This document shows, one piece after another, positions 27,001 through 33,929 of a stretch of DNA of 64,000 bases. The notes under the pieces were generated by a model. The model was given only the letters and a program-made list of their open reading frames with translations. It searched no databases and had not been told where the DNA came from. The translations under genes were made by a program, and so were the position numbers. The stretch comes from Candidatus Dormiibacterota bacterium. GTDB taxonomy: Bacteria; Chloroflexota; Dormibacteria; Dormibacterales; Dormibacteraceae. Each line of letters opens with the position of its first letter. Positions within the stretch are counted from its first letter, which is position 1. Location: contig DASTIX010000014.1 in NCBI GenBank assembly GCA_035717165.1, positions 503 to 64,502 on the forward strand, read 5' to 3'.

Positions 27001-27510
27001 GGCGAATGCGACGCGGGAATCGTCGAAGCGGCCCATGATGCGGCGAAGAAAGTCGCGGGGCGGTGCGAAGTCCGCATCGAAGATGGCGATGAACGGCGCT
27101 TCGCTTTTCTCGAGCCCGTATGCCAGCGCGCCCGCCTTGAATCCCTCGCGCGACGTTCGCCGGAGGTGATCGATGCCAATGCCCTGGCGTCGCCAGTGCC
27201 GGACGCGGCGCGCGATGATCGACGTCGTCTCGTCGTCGGAGTCGTCGAGCACCTGCACCTCGATTCGGTCGCGCGGCCAATCCATCGAGCACACCGCGTC
27301 GATCACACGCTCGGCGACGTAGCGCTCGTTGAAGATCGGAATCTGCACGCACACATGCGCGGCGACGTCGTCGATGGCTTCGGGCGGCGCAGCGAAACCG
27401 ATGCAGGGGCGGCGCAGCGCGCGCAGCGTGAGGTACAGAAGGTTCAGACCGAATATGAAGAGCAGCCCGCTCGTGCCGGCCAGGATTGCGACCGAGATGG
27501 CGCGGATCAA
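23998..27510 (-). CDS. 1170-aa fusion: processive family-2 glycosyltransferase + TM block + GT-C (ArnT/PMT-like) module + C-terminal extracytoplasmic domain
   Basis: GT2 motifs QIPIFNE, VLDDSDD, IFDADF, TEDLDLS and QQSRW (aa 56-278). Hydrophobic block aa 285-480. PFEDGYGHW...LPGYHVL... polytopic region aa 505-850. Soluble region aa 860-1170. TTG 27510 overlaps the upstream TGA as TTGA. The Arg-rich extension to 28296 is rejected. Confidence 0.8.
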   Translation of the reverse strand: MIRAISVAILAGTSGLLFIFGLNLLYLTLRALRRPCIGFAAPPEAIDDVAAHVCVQIPIFNERYVAERVIDAVCSMDWPRDRIEVQVLDDSDDETTSIIARRVRHWRRQGIGIDHLRRTSREGFKAGALAYGLEKSEAPFIAIFDADFAPPRDFLRRIMGRFDDSRVAFAQARWGHLDENYSLFTRLQAMAIDFHFLVEQAVRSHAGYLTNFTGTAGVWRRQAIEDAGGWSARTLTEDLDLSYRAQLRGWKAAYVDDLVVPEELPVSIDAYRRQQSRWATGSFQVAFLLLRSVLRSNLRPAVKFQATMHLLAYGVGPVMLLQLACYPLVLIAFGSHAIPLPWYVAGSSSVAILVGVTPWVGFMAAQTRRGRRWWTGAPALLCQVVGAGMSLNTLIALIRAFRPGGVFVRTPKYRIVRRGQEWRDQAYVLVGDPRALLEAGAALACLALVPAALVLGQALIAAYAAMFATGFAVVAALSAVDFLEVLTLRRLGRRALARVQAAWPAAALVGAAALVLLVAAQMPEPFEDGYGHWLLAANLASTGHLHDPLFGMEDTWLPGYHVLAAGVLHVFGLWQIGALKVMSALFAVITAACVYAMAPNRRQAQMATALLVLNPVFLFTSGSAVVEPMVTALITGAALAAVRGRMKVAALVASLAVVTSTKAWIFIAAVLAFAVIEAVRARATTRSRAAVAWAVPAVGILVFLQLGFAPASHSVARGTLEVMSATARGSIATSNLSRVLELGSSFGLAALPLFVFGAIGAVFAWRRQPVASWRFVYAPAIVYLGAVFGLVALGVYTGSHRYLYPALPAFALLAAAALDRYSAVVRLAAVGATALLAVAFIPVFTSFGNINTGLIAAGRSAHGTPGVLLTDSPVVAYYSGKPPSQVIGSRSLPAGQADAVTWLRAHDVTALALEDIGYYRATVVFPDLARGRATDPFASIGRQDAYQVTDGKPVYVYRLRPALSLQNVAQGKTAPLAKGVTLGPTATGEGMGFGVPIVHYPDGWVYSRTSSDVQIASNRWQRTFQLDEIGGDNAHAYRFEPIASRGAIAVTYTIEATGVSIDVRTVWLAPGYTQVAVLNEQSAEFDDLAAANQATLIGRQFPSWTPITGAWARLRSNSLGTEWSLPAIPDATLYAGREQAPPAFNWAGLDYISDGVFTGVHYTITLEAAQ

Positions 27511-28430
27511 CTCTCGTCGAACAAGGTGTAAGGCCGCATCGTCGCGCGCACGAAGGCGACGCGAGCGAGGGCACCGGGGCGGTTGCGCCGAGTCCACTGC
27601 ATGTATCGCCACGCGGCGCGGCCCATCCACTCGGCGGGACGGTCGAGGAGGGATGGATAGAGGAACGAGGGCGCGTGCCGATGGACGTCGACCTTCAGCC
27701 GCTGCTGTTTGGCGGCGAGCTGCGGAAAGTGGTGGAGCAGCGGCTGGTTCGCGGCGACGAGCTCGTGCAACGCGTCCATGCCGAAGACGGGCTCCGAGAC
27801 GAGCAGCTCGAAGGCCATGTCCTCGTCCTGACGCTCGAGCGGCAGGCACTGGGAGCGTTCGAGAATCAGATTCGCGGTCATGAGCCGCGGCGCCACCGGC
27901 CGGCGGGTGAGGTCGTCGACGGGCTTGGACCGATGGCGCATCGCGTGCAGCACGCCGAGCAAATTGACCGCGACGTATGCGAGGTGGCGATGCCCGTCGT
28001 CGACGATCAGGTTGAGGTCGACGTCGTCGGAGGCGCGAAAGCCGCCGCTCGCCAGCGAGCCGGCGATCGACACGTGGCGGATGAACGGCGCGACGGCGAC
28101 GAGCATGCGCACGAAGCGGACGGTCATGCGCACGTAGGCGGGCGAGTCGTTGCGGTGCGAGCCCGCGCGCTCGCTGATCGCGCCCACCTGGTCGAGCGCA
28201 TCGCGATCGACGACCAGGCCGCCGGCGATCGTCAGCTCCGGATCGGCGGCGACGATCCACCTCGCCTCGGATTCCGAGATCGCCCCGGCCAAGCACAGCT
28301 GTCCAAGGCGGGCGGGCGATACCGCGTAGCCTCGGCGCCGAAGCAGCGCGACCGTCCGTCGAACTCGATCGTCGACTGTGCTCGAGCGCGCGTCGAGGTA
28401 ACCGACGGCCATGGGCTGGGATACGGCCAA
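27507..28430 (-). CDS. nucleotidyltransferase-fold (Pol-beta superfamily) protein
   Basis: 307-aa ORF. IAGSLASGGFRASDDVDLNLIV fits the G-S-x(10)-D-x-D minimal NTase motif. Confidence 0.55.
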   Translation of the reverse strand: MAVSQPMAVGYLDARSSTVDDRVRRTVALLRRRGYAVSPARLGQLCLAGAISESEARWIVAADPELTIAGGLVVDRDALDQVGAISERAGSHRNDSPAYVRMTVRFVRMLVAVAPFIRHVSIAGSLASGGFRASDDVDLNLIVDDGHRHLAYVAVNLLGVLHAMRHRSKPVDDLTRRPVAPRLMTANLILERSQCLPLERQDEDMAFELLVSEPVFGMDALHELVAANQPLLHHFPQLAAKQQRLKVDVHRHAPSFLYPSLLDRPAEWMGRAAWRYMQWTRRNRPGALARVAFVRATMRPYTLFDES

Positions 28431-28484
28431 GGGTTACGTGCCATCATCGAGGCAAACGCAAGCCAGCACAAGCGGAGGAATCCG

Positions 28485-30137
28485 ATGACCGCCGACGGAC
28501 ATTTCCAGGTCCCCCAGCCCACCAACGAACCGGTCCGCTCGTACGCGCCGGGCGACCCGCACCGCAAGACGCTCAAATCGAGGCTCGCCGAGCTCACCGA
28601 CGCCAAGACCGAGGTGCCGATGCAGATCGGAGGCGAGCGCCGGTGGGGCGCTTCGCGAGGCACGATTCAGTCGCCGCACCGGCACGAGCTGGCGATCGCC
28701 GAATACGCGGTCGGCGGCACGAAGGACATCGACGACGCCATCCACGCCGCCCTGTCGGCTCGCAAGATGTGGGCGGCCACCTCGTACCACGAGCGCGCGG
28801 CCATCCTGCTGCGTGCCGCTTCGCTGCTGGCCGGGCCGTGGCGAGACACGATCAACGCCGCGACGATGCTCGGCCAGTCCAAGACCGTGCACCAGGCCGA
28901 GATCGACGCGGCCTGTGAGTCGGTCGACTTCTGGCGCTACAACGCCTTCTTCGGCGACCAGCTGCTTCGCAACCAGCCGTACAACGACGCGACTGCGTGG
29001 AACCGCCTCGAGTACCGGCCGCTCGAGGGCTTCATCTTCGCCGTCAGCCCGTTCAACTTCACATCGATCGCGGCCAACCTTCCCACCGCCCCAGTGCTGA
29101 TGGGCAACACGGTTGTCTTCAAGCCGGCGACGCAGACGCTGCTGGTCACGCACTTCCTGATGGAGCTCTGGCGCGAGGCCGGTCTTCCCGACGGCGTGAT
29201 CAACATGGTCAGCGGAAGCGCATCCGAGATCTCGAACAAAGTCCTGAACCACCCCGAGCTCGCCGGCATCCACTTCACCGGCTCGACCGAGGTGTTCCAG
29301 GGCATGTGGCGCGAGGTCGGCCAGAACATCGACCGGTACCGCACCTATCCGCGGCTCGTCGGCGAGACCGGCGGCAAGGACTTCGTGCTCGCGCACGACT
29401 CCGCGGACACCGACGCTCTCCGTACGGCTCTCGTGCGCGGGGCGTTCGAGTACCAGGGCCAGAAGTGCTCCGCCGCATCGCGCGCGTACATCCCGCAGTC
29501 GATGTGGAAGGCGATGAAGTCGGAACTCGTCGATCTTGTCGACGCTATCCCGCAGGGCGACGTTGCGGATTTCCGCAACTTCATGGGCGCGGTCATCGAT
29601 CAGCGCGCATACCAGAACCATATGACCGCCATCGAGTTCGCCAAGAAGGAGCAGTCGGCCAAGGTGATCGCGGGCGGCAAGGGCGACGACAGCGTCGGGT
29701 GGTTCATCCGCCCGACCGTGATCGAGACGACCGATCCCAACTTCAAGCTGATGAAAGAGGAATTGTTCGGGCCGATCCTCACGGTCTATCCGTACGCAGA
29801 CGGCAAGTACGAAGAGACGCTCGACCTGTGCGACCGGACCAGCCCGTACGGGCTCACGGGAGCGATCTTCGCCCGCGACCGCCAGGCTATCCGCAAGGCA
29901 TCGGAGAAGCTGGTCAACGCGGCGGGCAACTTCTACATCAACGACAAACCGACCGGCGCAGTCGTCGGCCTTCAGCCGTTTGGCGGGGCGCGCGCGTCGG
30001 GCACCAACGACAAGGCGGGATCATTCCTCAACCTGATCCGCTGGGTCAGCCCGCGCATCATCAAGGAGACCTACGCGCCGCCGACCGTGCACACCTATCC
30101 GTTCATGGAAGACGACCACGAGCGAGGCGCGATCTAG
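28485..30137 (+). CDS. pruA: L-glutamate gamma-semialdehyde (1-pyrroline-5-carboxylate) dehydrogenase
   Basis: ATG 28485 (MTADGHFQVPQPTNEPVRSYAPG...). Aldehyde dehydrogenase motifs VGETGGKDF and EYQGQKCSAASR. About 550 aa. Confidence 0.9.
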   Translation: MTADGHFQVPQPTNEPVRSYAPGDPHRKTLKSRLAELTDAKTEVPMQIGGERRWGASRGTIQSPHRHELAIAEYAVGGTKDIDDAIHAALSARKMWAATSYHERAAILLRAASLLAGPWRDTINAATMLGQSKTVHQAEIDAACESVDFWRYNAFFGDQLLRNQPYNDATAWNRLEYRPLEGFIFAVSPFNFTSIAANLPTAPVLMGNTVVFKPATQTLLVTHFLMELWREAGLPDGVINMVSGSASEISNKVLNHPELAGIHFTGSTEVFQGMWREVGQNIDRYRTYPRLVGETGGKDFVLAHDSADTDALRTALVRGAFEYQGQKCSAASRAYIPQSMWKAMKSELVDLVDAIPQGDVADFRNFMGAVIDQRAYQNHMTAIEFAKKEQSAKVIAGGKGDDSVGWFIRPTVIETTDPNFKLMKEELFGPILTVYPYADGKYEETLDLCDRTSPYGLTGAIFARDRQAIRKASEKLVNAAGNFYINDKPTGAVVGLQPFGGARASGTNDKAGSFLNLIRWVSPRIIKETYAPPTVHTYPFMEDDHERGAI

Positions 30138-30213
30138 CCCGCCTCCGGTCAGATACGAGGTCGATGGGGCGGTCGTCACCGTCACCATCGACCGGTCGGA
30201 AGTCCGCAACGCG

Positions 30214-30900
30214 GTGGACCCCGCAACCGCGGTCAAGCTGAGGGACGCGTTCGCTCGCTTCGATGCGGATGAGTCGCTCTCTGTCGCCGTGCTGACGGGA
30301 GCGGACGGAACGTTCTGCGCCGGGTTCGATCTCAAGGCGCTGGCCGAGGGCGAGTCCTATCGCGTCAACCATGCCGGCGAAGGCCCGATGGGCCCGACCC
30401 GGATGCTGCTCACGAAGCCGGTGATCGCGGCGATCGAAGGCTACGCGGTGGGTGGAGGCATGGAGCTCGCGCTGTGGTGCGACCTGCGTGTGTGTGCGCG
30501 TGATGCGACCCTCGGGATGTTCAACCGGCGCTTTGGCGTCCCGACGATCGATGTCGGCACCGTGCGTCTGCCGCGCATGATCGGTCAGGGCCGCGCCCTC
30601 GACCTTCTGCTCACCGGTCGCGCGGTGACGGCCGACGAGGCGCTTCAGATCGGGCTCGTGGAAAGAGTCGTGGAACGGGGCCACGCGCTGCGCGGCGCGC
30701 AGGGGATGGCGCGTGACCTTGCGAAGTTCCCCCAGGGTGCGCTGCGCGCAGACCGGCGCAGCGTGCTTCAGCAGTGGGCGATGTCGCTGGACGACGCGGC
30801 GGATGCCGAATATCGCGGTGGCGACGAAGTCATTGCTTCGGGCGAAGCTCGAGAGGGCGCGCGTCGATTTGCGGAAGGGTCAGGTCGGCACGGCTCCTGA
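30214..30900 (+). CDS. enoyl-CoA hydratase/isomerase (crotonase) family protein; true start probably upstream
   Basis: AIEGYAVGGGMELALWCDLRV. The conserved N-terminal strand VRYEVDGAVVTVTIDRSEVRNA is in frame at 30148-30213, where no ATG/GTG/TTG exists. Confidence 0.8.
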   Translation: MDPATAVKLRDAFARFDADESLSVAVLTGADGTFCAGFDLKALAEGESYRVNHAGEGPMGPTRMLLTKPVIAAIEGYAVGGGMELALWCDLRVCARDATLGMFNRRFGVPTIDVGTVRLPRMIGQGRALDLLLTGRAVTADEALQIGLVERVVERGHALRGAQGMARDLAKFPQGALRADRRSVLQQWAMSLDDAADAEYRGGDEVIASGEAREGARRFAEGSGRHGS

Positions 30901-31975
30901 GCGCGGCCGCTGAAAGCAGCGCGAGCGCACCGAGCTCGGCAACGATCACAGGCCATGGACCCCAGAACGGTTCGCCCTCCACGGCGATGACGCCGGCCAG
31001 GACGTAGATCCAGTTCCATCGCGGCGCGTCGGCCCGCAGCACGAAACACCCGGCGAGCCCGAGCATCGCGAGGTCGTCGAGGTGCACGTAGGGCGTCGCC
31101 AGCATCCCGCCGACGAGAGCGCACGCGTAGGTCCACTCGATGCCGCGGCCCCTCAGCCGGTAGATGACCAGCATGGTCCAAGCGGCGATGAGGATCTGTG
31201 CGGGCCGGAAGCCAAGGGTCAAGGCCTGGTTGACCGGGACGTTCGACGCGAAGCTCAAGCGATCGACGTACGCGCTGACGCCGCCCGGTCCGAGCGCGAT
31301 GACCGAGACGAGCGCGAGCGCGCCGAGGGCGATGGCGCTCGCGGCGAACGCGCGGTACTGACCGGCCGCCACCAGCGCCAGCGGCAAGAGAAACGCCAGC
31401 TGTGGCTTGAAGACCATCGCGCCGAGGGCGATGCCGGCCCACCATTGATGGCCCGCTCGCAACAACGCATATGACACCGCGACACCTGCGGCTACGAGCA
31501 ATCCGGGCTGGCCGAGCTGCAGGCCGTAGATCACGGGAAGCCATCCCACCGCGGCGAGTAGATAGATGACGCGCGCGCGACCAGCCACCGGCGCGGCCCA
31601 GAACCAGGTGGCGCACAGGGCCGCGACGAGCAACGCGCTCCACGTCCAGTAAGCGACCGGGTAGGGAAGCGGTGTCAGGGGCAGGGCGAGCCACGCGACC
31701 GGCGGCGGGCTGATGTAGCGGGCCAGCTCGGCGACGGTGATGCCCGATCCCATCGCGTTGAGCTCGGCCTGCTGGAGGTGAAGGTCGTAGATCGACGGCC
31801 AGCCGTGTACCAGGCCGATCCGGGCCGCGGCGAGGTAGAAGGTGAAATCGTTGTGGAAGTGGTCCGCGGCGTAGGCGGCGGCCCACTGGTAGAGGTCGAA
31901 GGCGGCAAACAGCACCGCGGCTGCAGCCCCGGCGGCTATGCCGAGGTTCTCCCACCGCCGGGAAGCCGAAGTCAC
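30830..31975 (-). CDS. GT87 / DUF2029-type polytopic glycosyltransferase
   Basis: 381-aa ORF with about 10 TM segments. N-terminal HFHNDFTFYLAAARIGLVHGWPSIYD is typical of DUF2029 mannosyltransferase-like proteins. Confidence 0.7.
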   Translation of the reverse strand: MTSASRRWENLGIAAGAAAAVLFAAFDLYQWAAAYAADHFHNDFTFYLAAARIGLVHGWPSIYDLHLQQAELNAMGSGITVAELARYISPPPVAWLALPLTPLPYPVAYWTWSALLVAALCATWFWAAPVAGRARVIYLLAAVGWLPVIYGLQLGQPGLLVAAGVAVSYALLRAGHQWWAGIALGAMVFKPQLAFLLPLALVAAGQYRAFAASAIALGALALVSVIALGPGGVSAYVDRLSFASNVPVNQALTLGFRPAQILIAAWTMLVIYRLRGRGIEWTYACALVGGMLATPYVHLDDLAMLGLAGCFVLRADAPRWNWIYVLAGVIAVEGEPFWGPWPVIVAELGALALLSAAALRSRADLTLPQIDARPLELRPKQ

Positions 31976-31999
31976 TGCGGCAGGTTACCGTTTAGGCCC

Positions 32000-32536
32000 G
32001 TGATCCCCGCCGGTTTCGAGTCCCGCACGATCGAGCTCGGCGACGGCATGAAGCTCCACCTCCGGCCGATCGTGGCCGAGGACGAGCCGCTGCTTCATGA
32101 GGCCGTTGCGTCGATGTCGGAGCGGACCGTCTACTTCCGGTTCTTCTCCCCGATCAAGCGGATGTCGGACGCGATGGCTCATCGCCTCGCAGTGGTCGAC
32201 TATCACGACCGCTTCGCCCTGGTCGCCGCGACCCACCGGCCGACCGGCAAAGAGAGGATCGTCGGGGTAGCCCGCTACGACCGCGCCCACGACACGGACG
32301 TGGCGGAGGTGGCCGTCGCCGTGATCGACGAGTTCCAGCGACATGGGCTTGGCAGCGTGCTGCTCAGTGAGCTCGCGCGTGTCGCGCGGGCGCACGGAAT
32401 CGTGACGTTCCAGCTCATCGTGCTGCCCGAGAACCGCGAGATGCTGGGCTTGCTGCGCAAGCTCGGCTGGATCCATCACGCCAGGCTCAACGGCGGTGTC
32501 TACGAGATCTCCTTCGATCTGCCGGACCTCGCATGA
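32000..32536 (+). CDS. GNAT-family N-acetyltransferase
   Basis: LRPIVAEDEPLL...AVAVIDEFQRHGLGSVLLSELARVA. GTG 32000 or ATG 32048 as start. Confidence 0.8.
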   Translation: MIPAGFESRTIELGDGMKLHLRPIVAEDEPLLHEAVASMSERTVYFRFFSPIKRMSDAMAHRLAVVDYHDRFALVAATHRPTGKERIVGVARYDRAHDTDVAEVAVAVIDEFQRHGLGSVLLSELARVARAHGIVTFQLIVLPENREMLGLLRKLGWIHHARLNGGVYEISFDLPDLA

Positions 32537-33159
32537 TCGACTCGGAGCTGATCGCGTTCGCCGGGGTCTCGCTCCTTCTAGCGATCACGCCCGGTCCCGA
32601 TATGGCGGTGGTGACCAAGAACGCCCTGGCGCACGGCCGGCGCGGCGTTCTGCTGACCACGAGCGGCATCGCGCTCGCTCTCGTGATCTGGGTGACGGCG
32701 ACCGCGGTCGGTCTGTCGGCGCTGCTTCGTACTTCGGGCGAAGTGCTGCTGCTGCTGAAGATCGTGGGCGCGCTTTACCTCGCCTACCTCGGCGTGCGCA
32801 CTCTGCTCGAGTCACGCGATCGCCCCGCCGATCTGCTCGCAGGCGTGCCCGCAGCCGCCCCTGCACACGCGGTGTTCCGCCAGGGATTCTTCTCGGCGAT
32901 CAGCAACCCCAAGCTCGGGGTGTTCTTCGTGACGTTCCTGCCGCAGTTCGTGCTTCCGGGCCAGGCAGTGCTGCCCCGATTGCTCGAGCTTGGAGTCATC
33001 TTTGCGGTCATCGGCTGGACCTGGATGAACGTCTACGGCTTCTTTGTGACGCGCCTTCGCGCGGTCATCACCGCACCTCGGGTGCGGCAGTGGATGCAGC
33101 GCGTGACCGGCGTCGTGCTCCTGGGCTTCGGCGCGCGGCTCGCGCTGGAGCGCGTCTAG
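32533..33159 (+). CDS. LysE/RhtB-family amino-acid exporter
   Basis: 208-aa ORF with 5-6 TM segments. ATG overlaps the GNAT stop as ATGA. Confidence 0.8.
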   Translation: MIDSELIAFAGVSLLLAITPGPDMAVVTKNALAHGRRGVLLTTSGIALALVIWVTATAVGLSALLRTSGEVLLLLKIVGALYLAYLGVRTLLESRDRPADLLAGVPAAAPAHAVFRQGFFSAISNPKLGVFFVTFLPQFVLPGQAVLPRLLELGVIFAVIGWTWMNVYGFFVTRLRAVITAPRVRQWMQRVTGVVLLGFGARLALERV

Positions 33160-33929
33160 CCACCCCACACGAACTCTGTGCACAGGTAGTCGATCGCCTG
33201 GCCCTCGGGCATGCCGTTCGGAAAGTTCTTCACGTCGCTCGGGTTGAGCGCGAAGATCGCGACGGTCACGCCGTTCCTGGCGGCCGCGATCACGGCAAAC
33301 CGCACCTTGACCGCGGTTTGTGATGCACCGACGAAGCTCGCCGAATAGATCTCGCCGATGCCGTCCTGGTCGCCGACGTGCGCGCCCTTGAGCGGGCCGA
33401 CGACGGTCACGTCCTGGAACTGCGTCGACGGCAGCGACGACACCGTGTTCTGCAGAGCCTGATTGGTGTTGCTGCCACTCGAGCCGGCGACGGAAACGTA
33501 ACCGGCCTTCGTCCCGAGCACGATGCTGCCCGCGTCCTGCGACCGCACGGTCCATTCGGACGAGTAGTTGACCTGGAACTTGTAGGCCGAGCTTCGATAG
33601 GACGCCTCCTCGGCGAGAGGCGTGACGAATTTCGGCGAGCAGTTGGACGTGCAGGTCGAGTGGCTTCCTGACGCAAACTGCGCGACCGCGATGCCGCCGA
33701 TGATCACCGCAGCGACGATCAGGACTACCACCAGGCCTCCGGCGATGAGCGCCGGCCCGAGACGGTACTGGCCGCGTGGTGGAGATGGCGCGGATGGGTA
33801 GCGATACATCGGTGGCGCGGACACGGCCTGGGCGGCGACGGGCGTTCCGCACCGTCCGCAGTAGACAGCGCCGGGCGCGAGCGGCGCTCCACACCTCCCG
33901 CAGTAGCGCGCGGCCTGGGGATACGCCAT
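33156..33929 (-). CDS. zinc-ribbon / single-TM / extracytoplasmic-domain protein (hypothetical)
   Basis: From ATG 33929: MAYPQAARYCGRCGAPLAPGAVYCGRCG, a Pro-rich linker, the TM segment LIAGGLVVVLIVAAVIIGGIAVA, then a ~190-aa beta-rich domain. Confidence 0.6.
   Translation of the reverse strand: MAYPQAARYCGRCGAPLAPGAVYCGRCGTPVAAQAVSAPPMYRYPSAPSPPRGQYRLGPALIAGGLVVVLIVAAVIIGGIAVAQFASGSHSTCTSNCSPKFVTPLAEEASYRSSAYKFQVNYSSEWTVRSQDAGSIVLGTKAGYVSVAGSSGSNTNQALQNTVSSLPSTQFQDVTVVGPLKGAHVGDQDGIGEIYSASFVGASQTAVKVRFAVIAAARNGVTVAIFALNPSDVKNFPNGMPEGQAIDYLCTEFVWGG

Noticed and set aside
24731-27574. Same-strand alternative-frame ORFs (482 aa and 444 aa) inside the GT2::GT-C gene
   Set aside because: Their composition is extremely Arg-rich with no recognisable domain. 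The third frame carries clear glycosyltransferase motifs.
27511-28296. N-terminal 262-codon extension of the 1432-aa ORF
   Set aside because: It is Arg/Pro low-complexity and overlaps the NTase-fold gene in another frame. TTG 27510 gives a sensible TM start and a TTGA coupling.
27486-28484. Upstream extension of the pruA ORF (883 aa)
   Set aside because: It is antisense to the NTase-fold gene. P5C dehydrogenase similarity starts at ATG 28485.
30082-30137. Programmed frameshift fusing pruA to the crotonase
   Set aside because: The crotonase frame is open through the pruA 3' end. However, no slippery heptamer or stimulatory structure is evident, and such a fusion has no precedent that I know of. 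It is kept only as a minor alternative in the start-codon finding.
30768-31955. 395-aa minus-strand ORF in an alternative frame of the GT87 gene
   Set aside because: The translation is Arg/Pro-rich, whereas the 381-aa frame gives a coherent polytopic membrane protein.
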